Origin: an uncultured Clostridia bacterium
GTDB lineage: Bacteria > Bacillota > Clostridia > TANB77 > CAG-508
Assembly (NCBI GenBank): GCA_944386315.1
Contig: CALXAS010000001.1
Coordinates: 1-35,551, forward strand
Length of the DNA stretch: 35,551 bases
Direction of reading: 5' to 3'
Shown here: piece by piece, positions 1-11,019 of the stretch
Layout: each line of letters starts with the position of its first letter
How positions within the stretch are numbered: the stretch's first letter is position 1
Notes under the pieces: generated by a model
Seen by the model: only the letters and a program-made list of their open reading frames with translations
Told to the model about the DNA's origin: nothing
Database searches by the model: none
Program-made: the position numbers and the translations under genes

Positions 1-265
1 TTACCTTTAAGCCTGCTCTTACATTAGGTGCACCACATACAATTTGCAAAACTTCATCTCCTACATTTACTTTGCAAACATGTAAGTGGTCAGAATCTGG
101 GTGCATCGTACATTCTAGCACTTCTCCTATTACTAAATTGGTAGCTGAAATCAAAGGACCTGCTGAGTCATATTCATTTCCTACATTGGTCATATCTTCC
201 GCTAATTTTTTTACATCTACATCAATATCCACATAATCTTTTACAAAATTTGTACTTAACTTCAT
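1..265 (-). CDS. pheT: phenylalanine--tRNA ligase beta subunit, N-terminal part (gene runs off the window start)
   Basis: Hand translation from ATG at 265 gives MKLSTNFVKDYVDIDVDVKKLAEDMTNVGNEYDSAG..., a typical PheT N-terminus. SD AAGGAGGG lies upstream, and the start is 19 nt after the pheS stop in the canonical pheS-pheT order. Confidence 0.8.
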   Translation of the reverse strand, partial: MKLSTNFVKDYVDIDVDVKKLAEDMTNVGNEYDSAGPLISATNLVIGEVLECTMHPDSDHLHVCKVNVGDEVLQIVCGAPNVRAGLKV

Positions 266-284
266 CTTTCTTCCCTCCTTGCTC

Positions 285-1319
285 TTAATCCATTCTATCA
301 AATTGCTTTAAAAATCTGATATCATTTTGATATAATAAACGAATGTCTGTAATGCCATATTTGAACATAGCAAGCCTATCTAGTCCTGTTCCAAAAGCAA
401 ATCCTGTATATTTTTCTGGGTCATAACCGTTCATTTTTAATACATTTGGATGTACCATTCCTGAACCTAATATCTCTATCCATCCTGTTTGTTTACATAG
501 ATTGCAACCTTTTCCACCACATTTGAAGCAACTAACATCTACTTCATAAGATGGCTCTGTAAATGGGAAATAACTTGGTCTAAATCTTAATACAGAATTT
601 TCTCCTAGCATTTTTTTCACAAATACTTCTAATGTTCCCTTTAAATCCGCAAGGGAAATATTTTTATCGATGACTAAACCTTCTACCTGACCGAATTGAT
701 GAGAATGTGTTGCATCATCGTCTCTTCTATATACTTTTCCTGGACAAATAACTCTAATTGGTGTTTTTTCTTCATTTTCCATCATGACTCTTGCTTGCAC
801 TGCAGATGTTTGTGTACGTAGTAGATATTCTGTTGTTACATAAAAACTATCTTGCATATCTCTTGCAGGATGTCCTTTTGGAAGATTTAATCTTTCAAAA
901 CAATATTCATCTGTTTCTAATTCAGGTCCATCTACTACATCATACCCCATAGAAACAAATAAATCCTCTACCTCTTCTATAATACGATTCATAGGGTGTT
1001 TGCTTCCTCTTTTTACTTTTGTAGCTGGAAGCGTAATATCAATGGTTTCCTCTTTTAATTTTCTGTTTAGCTCTTCTTGTTTAAACTGCTCTTCTTTTTC
1101 TTTAATTTTGCTCTCTAGTGTATCTCTTACTACATTTACCTGGCTTCCTACTACTGGTCTTTCTTCTGGAGATAAGGCTCCCATTCCTCTTAGAATAGCT
1201 GTTAATTCTCCTTTTTTCCCTAAATAAGTGACACGTACTTCTTCTAGTTGTTTTTCATTTTCTGCCTTGTTAATGGCATCTAATGCTTTTGTTTTCATTT
1301 CTTCTATTTGCTCTTTCAT
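285..1319 (-). CDS. pheS: phenylalanine--tRNA ligase alpha subunit
   Basis: 344-aa ORF with class II aaRS PheS motifs ([35 protein letters not shown]). It lies upstream of pheT and behind a T-box leader. Confidence 0.97.
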   Translation of the reverse strand: MKEQIEEMKTKALDAINKAENEKQLEEVRVTYLGKKGELTAILRGMGALSPEERPVVGSQVNVVRDTLESKIKEKEEQFKQEELNRKLKEETIDITLPATKVKRGSKHPMNRIIEEVEDLFVSMGYDVVDGPELETDEYCFERLNLPKGHPARDMQDSFYVTTEYLLRTQTSAVQARVMMENEEKTPIRVICPGKVYRRDDDATHSHQFGQVEGLVIDKNISLADLKGTLEVFVKKMLGENSVLRFRPSYFPFTEPSYEVDVSCFKCGGKGCNLCKQTGWIEILGSGMVHPNVLKMNGYDPEKYTGFAFGTGLDRLAMFKYGITDIRLLYQNDIRFLKQFDRMD

Positions 1320-1378
1320 AGCTCCTCCTTCTGCCCTCGCAGGCGTTTTTATTTTCTTATTTTAAATTTTTCTAATAC

Positions 1379-1650
1379 GAAAAAGAACCACTCTTCCTAT
1401 TTATAGGACGAATGGTTCTTATCCGTGGTACCACCTAAATTTATCAATTTTTTATTATGATTGACCTCATTTCTCTTTAACGCAGAGTCTGCACGCTATC
1501 TTCTACTTTATTATTTCAAAAATAGTCCTCCAAAGTGAAATTTCAGCTATAGTTCTTATCCATGGCTCTCAGCGCCTCACCATTTTCTCTGTTTATAAGA
1601 ATACTCTATCGCCTACTTTGCTTTTTCAAAGGATTTTTTATTTAAAACTT
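1379..1650 (-). promoter_or_regulatory. T-box leader (Phe-specific candidate) with intrinsic terminator, controlling pheS-pheT
   Basis: The minus strand carries the invariant T-box sequence GGTGGTACCACG (rc of 1424..1435). It is followed by a terminator stem AAGAACCATTCGTCC / GGAAGAGTGGTTCTT plus a T-run (1379..1420). An AGAGA-type motif sits near the 5' end. The candidate specifier UUC lies in GAAAUUUCAC (1537..1539). The region is GC-enriched relative to its surroundings. Confidence 0.85.
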
Positions 1651-1657
1651 ATGTAGT

Positions 1658-1686
1658 ATCTTATCATAAATTTTGGAAAATGGCAA
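1658..1686 (-). promoter_or_regulatory. sigma-A type promoter of the pheST T-box leader
   Basis: Minus strand reads TTGCCA - 17 nt - TAAGAT (-35 at 1681..1686, -10 at 1658..1663). Confidence 0.5.
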
Positions 1687-1698
1687 TAGTTTTTTGGT

Positions 1699-1860
1699 TT
1701 ATTTTATAGTTTCTTCCTTTGCAGTTTTCGCTTGTGTAATAATTCCATTTTCTCCTACTATCATACTAATACTAACTCCTGCTAAAATAATTAGCACGAT
1801 GATAGTAACCACTAACGCAATAAGTGTAATTCCTTCTTGTTTATTCTTTTGTTTTTTCAT
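1699..1860 (-). CDS. 53-aa protein with a prepilin-type N-terminal cleavage/methylation-like signal (orphan mini-pseudopilin)
   Basis: Absent from the ORF track because it is under 60 aa. ATG at 1860 follows AAGGAGG with 8-nt spacing. It translates to MKKQKNKQEGITLIALVVTIIVLIILAGVSISMIVGENGIITQAKTAKEETIK*. This has a basic leader, Gly, a hydrophobic helix and a GENGIITQAK tail, as in Firmicute pseudopilin N-termini. Confidence 0.6.
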   Translation of the reverse strand: MKKQKNKQEGITLIALVVTIIVLIILAGVSISMIVGENGIITQAKTAKEETIK

Positions 1861-2035
1861 CACTTTGTCCTCCTTATTTTTATTCTTATGTAGAAAATTA
1901 TATCTTTTTTTCTTTTCTTCTTCTCTATATTTTCGCTTTTTTGTAATTACTTATTTCCATAATTGATTTACACTACTAAAAATTTTGATTTTTAAAACTA
2001 TATTTTGTTTATATAATTGCATTTCTATAAAGTAA

Positions 2036-2071
2036 AAAGCTAATGGAAATTATTCATTTACCAATAGCTTT
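2036..2071 (-). terminator. intrinsic terminator-like hairpin
   Basis: AAAGCTATTGG / CCATTAGCTTT stem (one mismatch) followed on the minus strand by TTTTACTTT. Confidence 0.4.
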
Positions 2072-2229
2072 CGTGTAAAAAGATTTAATTTACATTTTCC
2101 AAGATGATATTTTTATATAGATATGGCAATCTATCTATATATGGATTAGATATTTTTCCATTTTCCAAATCTGTCCATATTATCTTCATTGCCTGATTCC
2201 TAGTATGAAAGCTTACTATTTCATACAAA

Positions 2230-2457
2230 TTAAAAGAATAAGCCCCCCATTTTTTGTCCTCTGATAAGAATAATATCTCCCGGTATTATATCCTTCAAAG
2301 ATTTTTCTGTACCATTTGCTTGGTAAACTCTAATGAGAGTTCCTTCTTTAGGAAGAATATACATTTTATCTTTGCAAAAACGAAGAGCCCCTATCGTTTC
2401 AAATTTATTTATTTTATCCACAAATGGATTTACTTCCCTTGTATGTTTCTGGAACAA
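2230..2457 (-). CDS. hypothetical ORF, weakly supported (possible C-terminal remnant of a larger gene)
   Basis: 75-codon ORF that opens on TTG with no SD, with two hairpins immediately upstream. The first ATG (MYILPKEG...) also lacks an SD. I recognise no family. Confidence 0.2.
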   Translation of the reverse strand: MFQKHTREVNPFVDKINKFETIGALRFCKDKMYILPKEGTLIRVYQANGTEKSLKDIIPGDIILIRGQKMGGLFF

Positions 2458-2482
2458 AAGTGAAAATTAAAATTTTCACTCT

Positions 2483-2508
2483 TGGCACTAATTTAAGTTA
2501 GTGCCAAT
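2483..2508. terminator. 10-bp perfect hairpin TTGGCACTAA-tttaag-TTAGTGCCAA with a flanking T-run on the + strand
   Basis: Perfect inverted repeat read directly, followed by TTTTTTAT on the + strand. No + strand gene lies upstream, so its function is unclear. Confidence 0.4.
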
Positions 2509-2779
2509 TTTTTATAAAGATGTTGTTTTTAAGTTTCCACCTAATTTTTTAGGCAACCCTTTTCTTTAATGGTCGTTGTTCTCGACCAATATCCATCGCT
2601 ATTTCTAGGTCTGGACTAAACATTTCTTTTATATATTTTCTTAAAATATTTAAGCTTCCATTATTATTTTTTCTTGTATTTCATTTAATTCAATATCACA
2701 TACAAATGTTAATCTCAATTCTTCACCTCCAATCGTTTTATTATTTATATCATATAGAACAAATTTTCGCAAGTGTTTT

Positions 2780-3271
2780 TCATAAAATTTTATTTTTTAT
2801 TAAATTTAAAACAAATTGCTTTACTTTCCTAATATATAAAAAATATAATTGTTCTTTCAAGCCCAATTGTATTAACCTTTGATAAATCCGCTTGTCTGAT
2901 AAATAATAAATGCTATTGGGGTGTTCTTCCAAATATCGCTTTACATTATATACTTTAGAACACTTTTTTCCTTCTATAATTTCGTAATCACCATTTTTAT
3001 CTCTTCTCCTATTTTCTATAAGAAATTTTGCATTTTGTACGAGAATGTGGTCCGCTCCTGTATATCTTTCTTCTTTGCTGATTATTTGTATCTTATGCCA
3101 CTCATTTTTAAATATTTTGATTTTATTGCCAAAAAAGATTAAGTTATATACCATATACATAGAACAAGTAACTTGCAACATACTTGCATCAATTAAAATA
3201 GTTTTGTCTTCCTCATAGTACATCTGTAAACATTGTTTAATTAATGTTCTCCGTTCAATTTCATTCAACAT
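2780..3271 (-). CDS. hypothetical protein, 163 aa, directly downstream of groEL
   Basis: ATG at 3271 is preceded by AGGAGG with 8-nt spacing. It lies 49 nt after the groEL stop with no hairpin between. I recognise no domain. Confidence 0.6.
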   Translation of the reverse strand: MLNEIERRTLIKQCLQMYYEEDKTILIDASMLQVTCSMYMVYNLIFFGNKIKIFKNEWHKIQIISKEERYTGADHILVQNAKFLIENRRRDKNGDYEIIEGKKCSKVYNVKRYLEEHPNSIYYLSDKRIYQRLIQLGLKEQLYFLYIRKVKQFVLNLIKNKIL

Positions 3272-3320
3272 TTTTTAACTCCTCCTGAAATAAATCCATC
3301 TTTCTACATTTTTTTGTTTT

Positions 3321-4955
<1,635 letters not shown>

Positions 4956-4996
4956 TCATTCCTCCTTAAAATTTTTAAACTTTTCTATTTAGTCTT

Positions 4997-5284
<288 letters not shown>

Positions 5285-5316
5285 TTACCTCCTCATTTTT
5301 AAAACATTATATAAAA

Positions 5317-5343
5317 TTAGCAGTCTTTATCTTAGACTGCTAA
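5317..5343. promoter_or_regulatory. CIRCE operator (HrcA binding site) of groESL
   Basis: TTAGCAGTC-N9-GACTGCTAA, a perfect 9-bp inverted repeat with a 9-nt spacer. The consensus is TTAGCACTC-N9-GAGTGCTAA. Confidence 0.9.
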
Positions 5344-5346
5344 TAA

Positions 5347-5374
5347 TGTATACCCATTTTTACAAAAAGTCAAT
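5347..5374 (-). promoter_or_regulatory. groESL promoter
   Basis: Minus strand reads TTGACT - 16 nt - TATACA, directly upstream of CIRCE. Confidence 0.5.
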
Positions 5375-5423
5375 ACTCTTTTTTTAATTTTCACATATTT
5401 TTCACAAAAGTACATTGTTTTTT

Positions 5424-5654
5424 CTATGCAACTTTTTCTGTATAATTAATTACTGTAATTTCTGTAATTGCATTTCTTACTGAATTTACTAATTTCTCTA
5501 ATTGCTTTGCCACCTCATTACTATAGGATACTTCTCCACACTGCTTACATACTTGAGAAGGTACATTTTTAATAATGATAATACAATTATCTAATTCTAC
5601 CATAAATGTTGTATTTTTATTTTCTAAGTCTCCTTTACACATAAAACAATTCAT
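5424..5654 (-). CDS. YgiT-type (MqsA N-terminal-like) zinc-finger protein, putative antitoxin
   Basis: 76 aa with CxxC (C3, C6) and CxxC (C36, C39). It has no HTH domain. Its start is 1 nt after the stop of the DUF4258-like gene. Confidence 0.7.
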   Translation of the reverse strand: MNCFMCKGDLENKNTTFMVELDNCIIIIKNVPSQVCKQCGEVSYSNEVAKQLEKLVNSVRNAITEITVINYTEKVA

Positions 5655-5655
5655 A

Positions 5656-5985
5656 TTATTTAATCTCCTTTCTTGTCTTCATATCTTCTTCCCATTTTAT
5701 ATTATCTGGATAGTATGCTGTAATTATCCATAATTCTGTCTCATTTAGGCCACATACTATATGTATAACTTCATTATTTAAATTTATTCCATATACTAAA
5801 CAACTTGGATATGGATAATCATTTTCATATTCTTCTATTATTTCTCCATTTAATAGAGCATTTTCTATATCTTCTTGTGTTATACTTCTTTGAAATAATC
5901 TAACCATAACATGATTAGTCCACCTAATTTTTCCATCTCTAACCATTTGTTGTATCTTGTTTATACTTAATTTTTCCATATGCAC
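5656..5985 (-). CDS. DUF4258-like protein, putative toxin
   Basis: 109 aa. From memory, its size, its sequence character (IRWTNHVMVRLFQR...YPYPSCLVYG...HIVCG) and its partnership with a YgiT finger match the DUF4258 family. No search was run. Confidence 0.55.
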   Translation of the reverse strand: MHMEKLSINKIQQMVRDGKIRWTNHVMVRLFQRSITQEDIENALLNGEIIEEYENDYPYPSCLVYGINLNNEVIHIVCGLNETELWIITAYYPDNIKWEEDMKTRKEIK

Positions 5986-6005
5986 CTCTTTTTATTCTTA
6001 ATATA

Positions 6006-6034
6006 TATTATCATACTATTACTAAAAATATCAA
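6006..6034 (-). promoter_or_regulatory. candidate promoter of the toxin-antitoxin-like pair
   Basis: Minus strand reads TTGATA - 17 nt - ATAATA. Confidence 0.4.
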
Positions 6035-6050
6035 TATCGTATCCTCTTTT

Positions 6051-7730
6051 TTAAAAAATCCCTATTACATTGCCTCTCTCATCTAATGTAATATTTTCTG
6101 CTGCTGGATGTTTTGGAAGTCCCGGCATTGTCATAATCTTTCCAGTAATGGCTACAATAAATTCTGCCCCTGCTTTTAAAAGAACTTCTTTTACATGTAT
6201 TGTATAAGGTGTTTGATCCGTTATATTTTTTGGGTCATCTGACAAAGAATTTTGTGTTTTTGCAATGCAAACTGGTAAATTTCCATATCCCAATTCTTTT
6301 ATTTTATTCATTTGGTTAATTGCTTCTTTGGTATATTCCACTTTCTCTGCTCCATAAATTTTGGTAGCTATTTTTTCTATTTTTTCTTCTATTGCTTCTT
6401 CTAATTCATAACAATAGTCTAATGATACAGTTTTCTTTTGGTTCTTGCAAAGTTTTGCTACTTTTCTAGCTAAATCAGTGACTCCTTCTCCACCTTTTTC
6501 CCAAGCCTCTACTAAACTTACCTGTACTTCTTCCTTTGTTTGCTCTTTTATACTATTTTCTAAATATTCTATTTCTTCCTTAGTATCGGATGAATAGCGG
6601 TTAATGGCTACAATCACTGGCAAATGATACACATTTTGCATATTATGGATATGCTTCATTAAATTCTTCATACCTTTTGCTAATGCTTCTTTATTTTCTT
6701 CTTGTATATGTTCTTTTTCTGCTCCTCCATGGTATTTTAATGCCTTTAATGTTGCCACAATTACCACTACATTTGGTCTAATTCCTGCTTTTCTACATTT
6801 TATATCCAAGAATTTTTCTGCTCCTAAATCTGCCCCAAAACCAGCCTCTGTTACACAAAAATCTGCTAGAGACATGCCTAATTTTGTAGCTATGATACTA
6901 TTACATCCATGGGCAATATTGGCAAATGGTCCTCCATGAATAATGGCTGGTGTATGCTCTAAAGTTTGTACTAAATTTGGCTCTATAGCATCCTTTAATA
7001 AAACTGCCATTGCTCCTTCTGCCTTTAAATCTTTTGCCTTTACTGGGTTTCCTTCTTCATTATAGCCTATAATAATATTTCCCAATCTTCTTTTTAAATC
7101 TTCTCTATCTTTTGCTAAGCATAAAATAGCCATAATTTCTGATGCCACTGTAATATCAAATCCATCTTCTCTTGGCACCATGTTTTTCTCTCCCGATAGT
7201 CCTACTTCTACTTTTCTAAGTTGTCTATCATTTAAGTCCATACACCTTTTCCATGTTACTTCTTTTATATCTAAGTCATTTCCTTGAAAAATATGATTAT
7301 CTATCATAGCAGCTAATAAATTGTTAGCCGCTGTAATAGCATGTATATCCCCTGTAAAATGAAGATTAATGTCTTCCATAGGTGCTACTTGTGCATAACC
7401 ACCACCAGTTGCTCCTCCTTTTATACCAAATACAGGACCTAAGGATGGTTCTCTTAAGGCTAAGATGGATTTCTCTCCTATTTTTCTCAAACCATCTGCT
7501 AACCCTATAGATATGGTTGTTTTTCCTTCTCCTAATGGTGTAGGATTAATAGCTGTTACTAATACCAAATTTCCTTTTTTCTTTTCTTTTAATCTATTTT
7601 GTACATCTAATGAAATTTTAGCTTTCCATTTACCATATAAATTTATTTCATTTTCCTCTAATCCAATTTCTTTTGCTACCTGCGAAATTGGTTTTAAGTC
7701 TACTTTTTTAGCAATTTCTATATCCTCCAT
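6051..7730 (-). CDS. fhs: formate--tetrahydrofolate ligase
   Basis: 559 aa. Contains the PTPLGEGKTT nucleotide loop and typical FTHFS sequence throughout. Confidence 0.97.
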   Translation of the reverse strand: MEDIEIAKKVDLKPISQVAKEIGLEENEINLYGKWKAKISLDVQNRLKEKKKGNLVLVTAINPTPLGEGKTTISIGLADGLRKIGEKSILALREPSLGPVFGIKGGATGGGYAQVAPMEDINLHFTGDIHAITAANNLLAAMIDNHIFQGNDLDIKEVTWKRCMDLNDRQLRKVEVGLSGEKNMVPREDGFDITVASEIMAILCLAKDREDLKRRLGNIIIGYNEEGNPVKAKDLKAEGAMAVLLKDAIEPNLVQTLEHTPAIIHGGPFANIAHGCNSIIATKLGMSLADFCVTEAGFGADLGAEKFLDIKCRKAGIRPNVVVIVATLKALKYHGGAEKEHIQEENKEALAKGMKNLMKHIHNMQNVYHLPVIVAINRYSSDTKEEIEYLENSIKEQTKEEVQVSLVEAWEKGGEGVTDLARKVAKLCKNQKKTVSLDYCYELEEAIEEKIEKIATKIYGAEKVEYTKEAINQMNKIKELGYGNLPVCIAKTQNSLSDDPKNITDQTPYTIHVKEVLLKAGAEFIVAITGKIMTMPGLPKHPAAENITLDERGNVIGIF

Positions 7731-7783
7731 CTTTTCTCCACCCTTTCTCTATATGAAATAAACCGGATTTTTTAAAACCCAGT

Positions 7784-8218
7784 TTATACAATCAATCCTA
7801 CTATAATACCAATTAAAGCCCCAACAAAAACTTGCTTTGGCGTATGTCCTAAAACTTCTACTAATTTTCCTGATACTTCTACACCTGTAAGTCCTGGTGT
7901 TTCTACTATTTTATTCAATAATTCTGCCTGTTTTCCTGCCGCTCTTCTTACCCCTGCAGCATCATACATTACCACAATAGAAAATACAACTGCTATGGCA
8001 AAAATAGGAGATTCTATCCCATATGCTCTCCCTATCATAGTAGTTAATGAAGTTACTACCGCAGAATGAGAACTTGGCATTCCACCAGCTCCTAATATTC
8101 TTTTAAAATTAAATTTTTTTGTTTCTACTAAATCCCATATTAATTTAAATAACTGTATTCCAAACCATACAGCAAATGGTGTAATTAAATAACGATATTG
8201 TTCCCAAAATTCTATCAT
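7784..8218 (-). CDS. divergent PAP2 family membrane protein (DUF212)
   Basis: 144 aa, multi-pass and hydrophobic, with the GGMPSSHSA motif typical of this family. Confidence 0.8.
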   Translation of the reverse strand: MIEFWEQYRYLITPFAVWFGIQLFKLIWDLVETKKFNFKRILGAGGMPSSHSAVVTSLTTMIGRAYGIESPIFAIAVVFSIVVMYDAAGVRRAAGKQAELLNKIVETPGLTGVEVSGKLVEVLGHTPKQVFVGALIGIIVGLIV

Positions 8219-8257
8219 TGTAATACCCCTCTTGTCCTTCTTCCTAACTGTTTATTT

Positions 8258-8506
8258 TTAGTTTTCTTCTTCTCCTTTAATTGGAGCAAAGTTTTCTTCT
8301 TTTAGTGTACCATTTTCTTCTAATAAAATGGTAATTTTCTTTTCTGCATTTTGCAAAATTTTATTGCATGTTTTGGATAATTCCATTCCTTCTTCAAATT
8401 TTGCCATTGACTCTTCTAAGCTTAAATTGCCCTTTTCTAGCTCTGCTGTAATACTTTCTAATTTTGTTATTGCTTCTTCAAATGGTATTTCTTCTTTTTT
8501 CATCAT
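8258..8506 (-). CDS. xseB: exodeoxyribonuclease VII small subunit
   Basis: 82 aa (FEEAITKLESITAELEKGNLSLEESMAKFEEGMEL), downstream of xseA. Confidence 0.9.
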   Translation of the reverse strand: MMKKEEIPFEEAITKLESITAELEKGNLSLEESMAKFEEGMELSKTCNKILQNAEKKITILLEENGTLKEENFAPIKGEEEN

Positions 8507-8528
8507 TCTTGTTCCTTTCTCTCTAAAA

Positions 8529-8560
8529 ACAATCTAGCTACATTTACTAGGAAAGATTGT
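8529..8560 (-). terminator. terminator-like hairpin after the 162-aa membrane protein gene
   Basis: ACAATCT / AGATTGT stem followed by TTTTTAG on the minus strand. Confidence 0.35.
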
Positions 8561-8566
8561 ATATCT

Positions 8567-9055
8567 TTAATTCATTTCTCTTTTTTCAAAAGTTCCTGTT
8601 ACTACGTCAATGGTATAATATACTAATGCTTCTGTAGTGCTACTATCTCTTACAGACACAATATATCTTCCATCTGCCTGTATACCTTCTACACCGAATT
8701 TTACATTCTCTGTAGTACCATAATCTCCTCTTGCTATTGCAATTGCTCTTTCCTCTTCTGTCTCTGGACTCTCCTCAAACGTTTCTGAAGAAGTATTTTC
8801 TACCTCATTCTGTGCTTGTGTATTTTCCTCCACTGGCGTTTGTATCTCTTCATTTGCTTGCGTATTTTCTTGCGCATTTTCTTGTATATTCTCTATAACA
8901 TTTTCTGTAGTCTCTTCTACTTCATTTCCAGCTACTACTGTGCCAATCGTCTCATTTGTTCTTCTAGGACTTGGAAAAGCAAACCACACAATTAAGATAG
9001 CTGCTATAAGGATAATAACAATAGCAAGGATTATCATTCCTATTTTCTTTTTCAA
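8567..9055 (-). CDS. hypothetical membrane-anchored protein with an acidic E/N/Q/T-rich linker
   Basis: 162 aa. It has an N-terminal TM helix (IGMIILAIVIILIAAILIVWFAF), a low-complexity acidic region and a small C-terminal globular part. Confidence 0.7.
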   Translation of the reverse strand: MKKKIGMIILAIVIILIAAILIVWFAFPSPRRTNETIGTVVAGNEVEETTENVIENIQENAQENTQANEEIQTPVEENTQAQNEVENTSSETFEESPETEEERAIAIARGDYGTTENVKFGVEGIQADGRYIVSVRDSSTTEALVYYTIDVVTGTFEKREMN

Positions 9056-9149
9056 ATTAGTTTCCTCCTATTCACTTTATTGTTATTAGATGCTTTCTTT
9101 TAACTCTTGTCGTTTTCATCTTTGAATACTTGTTTCCAAATGTTATTTC

Positions 9150-10337
9150 TTATTTCACTGTTGCTGGGACCTTACCATCTGCCAGAGTAAGCGTTATATT
9201 GTCTCCTTTTTCTAGCTGTTTTGCACTCTTTACCATATGTTCTTCTTTTGTTATAATGCTATAACCTCTCGTTAATGTTTTCAAAGGACTTAGTGCATCT
9301 AATTTTGCTATTTGCTCTACCATTTTTGTTTTTTCATCTTTTACTTTATTCTGCAACTCTGTCACTAGCTGTTTGAAACATCTATCTAATAACATATATT
9401 TTTCATTAATATTTCCATAAGGATCCCTATATACTTTACTTGCCATACATTTTTGAAAACGCATGCTTTTTAACTCTAACTGTTTCTTTAAAGCTTGTTT
9501 TTGTCTATTTTCCAAAGTTTTTATTTTTTCCGCCACTTCGTTTATATTAGGAACTGCTAATTCCGCAGCAGCAGATGGTGTAGGTGCTCTTAAGTCTGCT
9601 ACAAAGTCTGCAATGGTAAAATCTGTTTCATGCCCTACTGCAGATATTACTGGCAGTCTTGAGTCATAAATTGCTCTTGCCACAATTTCCTCATTAAATG
9701 GCCATAAATCCTCTAAGGATCCTCCTCCTCTTGCCAAAATAATGACATCTGCTAAATTTTCTTCATTCATTTTTTGAATAGCTTCTGCTATTTTTTCAGC
9801 AGCTCCCTGCCCTTGTACTGGTACAGGTAATAAACGAATATGTACATTAGGATTTCTTCTTGTAGATACATTGATAATATCTCTAATAACTGCTCCTGTA
9901 TTAGAAGTAAGCACACCAATTGTTTTAGGCATAAAAGGAATTTTTATCTTATGACTTTGTTCAAATAATCCTTCTTGTTCTAATTTGGCTTTTAGTTTTT
10001 CAAACTCTGCGTGCAAATCTCCTATGCCTTCTTGTTGCATAGCCTTTGCATAAATTTGATAGACACCATCTCTTTCAAAAACAGAAACAGTTCCTAGTAT
10101 ACTCACTTTCATACCATCTTTTGGTACAAACTGCAAATGTCCCGTATAGGTTTTAAACATAACACATTTTATTAAAGATTTTTCATCTTTTAGTGTAAAA
10201 TACATATGTCCTGTATAATGATGCTTAAAATTAGAAATTTCACCTTTTACCAATACATTTTGCAAAAAGCCATCTTCTTCAAATTTTCCTTTTATATATT
10301 GATTTAGCTCTGTAACCGTAATTGCATTATATACCAT
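9150..10337 (-). CDS. xseA: exodeoxyribonuclease VII large subunit
   Basis: 395 aa. It has an OB-fold N-terminus and conserved ARGGGS.EDLW..NEE and ISAVGHETD motifs. Confidence 0.95.
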   Translation of the reverse strand: MVYNAITVTELNQYIKGKFEEDGFLQNVLVKGEISNFKHHYTGHMYFTLKDEKSLIKCVMFKTYTGHLQFVPKDGMKVSILGTVSVFERDGVYQIYAKAMQQEGIGDLHAEFEKLKAKLEQEGLFEQSHKIKIPFMPKTIGVLTSNTGAVIRDIINVSTRRNPNVHIRLLPVPVQGQGAAEKIAEAIQKMNEENLADVIILARGGGSLEDLWPFNEEIVARAIYDSRLPVISAVGHETDFTIADFVADLRAPTPSAAAELAVPNINEVAEKIKTLENRQKQALKKQLELKSMRFQKCMASKVYRDPYGNINEKYMLLDRCFKQLVTELQNKVKDEKTKMVEQIAKLDALSPLKTLTRGYSIITKEEHMVKSAKQLEKGDNITLTLADGKVPATVK

Positions 10338-10350
10338 CTATGCATTCTCC

Positions 10351-10761
10351 TTATGCTAAATTTTCCTCTTTTACAATACTTGCAAGTATCCCATTTACAA
10401 AAACTTTTGCATTGTCGTCTCCATATTTTTTAGCAAGTTCTACCGCTTCATTAATGACTACTTTATAGGGTGTTTTACTATATACCATTTCATAAATAGC
10501 TAGTTTCAAAATAGCCAAATCTATTTTAGCAATACGTTCTATACTCCACGCTTCTTTCAAATTTCTTTTTATTGCTTCTAAAATATCTGTTTCTTTTTCA
10601 TGGATTCCATTCCAAATTTCTTGAACATAGGCTTTTTCTTCTGATGTCTGAATTTCATTTTCTTCAAAAAAGTTGGCTACTTCTTCTTCCTCTAGCTGTT
10701 TTTGTATTGTTTCACTATAAATTAGCTTAAAAGTTAATTCTCTTAGCTTAGTTCTTTTCAT
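10351..10761 (-). CDS. nusB: transcription antitermination factor NusB
   Basis: 136 aa with typical NusB sequence ([12 protein letters not shown]...FVNGIL). Confidence 0.92.
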   Translation of the reverse strand: MKRTKLRELTFKLIYSETIQKQLEEEEVANFFEENEIQTSEEKAYVQEIWNGIHEKETDILEAIKRNLKEAWSIERIAKIDLAILKLAIYEMVYSKTPYKVVINEAVELAKKYGDDNAKVFVNGILASIVKEENLA

Positions 10762-10780
10762 TTTATGTTCATTCCTTTTT

Positions 10781-10996
10781 CTACATTTTATCTATCCATC
10801 TTTTCAATTTTTCTTTGACATCTTCTTTATTAAGTTGTACATAATTTCCTACATAAATCCCTATAAATACTAAAATAATGCCCATAATTAATTTGTAAAA
10901 CCCTGTGCATAAAAGCAAAATAGCAATTAATGCTCCTATGATGGCTCCGCGGTATTTCATAAAAAATCCTTTAAAATCATTCATTCTTTCTTTCAT
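10781..10996 (-). CDS. DUF2273 small integral membrane protein
   Basis: 71 aa with two TM helices, in the conserved asp23-amaP-DUF2273 arrangement. Confidence 0.75.
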   Translation of the reverse strand: MKERMNDFKGFFMKYRGAIIGALIAILLLCTGFYKLIMGIILVFIGIYVGNYVQLNKEDVKEKLKRWIDKM

Positions 10997-11019
10997 TCCT
11001 TTCTGTTAACACTTGTGCT

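Noticed and set aside
1673-1966. 97-aa + strand ORF in the track
   Set aside because: It is a hydrophobic, low-complexity mirror image of the minus-strand mini-pilin ORF and of T-rich spacer. It has no SD. The minus-strand reading has an SD and a recognisable signal.
2530-2780. Possible small genes or pseudogene pieces on the minus strand. One is an SD-led TTG ORF of 22 codons (RLTFVCDIELNEIQEKIIMEA). The other is an out-of-frame piece NILRKYIKEMFSPDLEIAMDIGREQRPLKKRVA*.
   Set aside because: The frames are interrupted by several stops, and no family can be recognised from such short pieces. I treat the region as decayed accessory DNA and annotate nothing.
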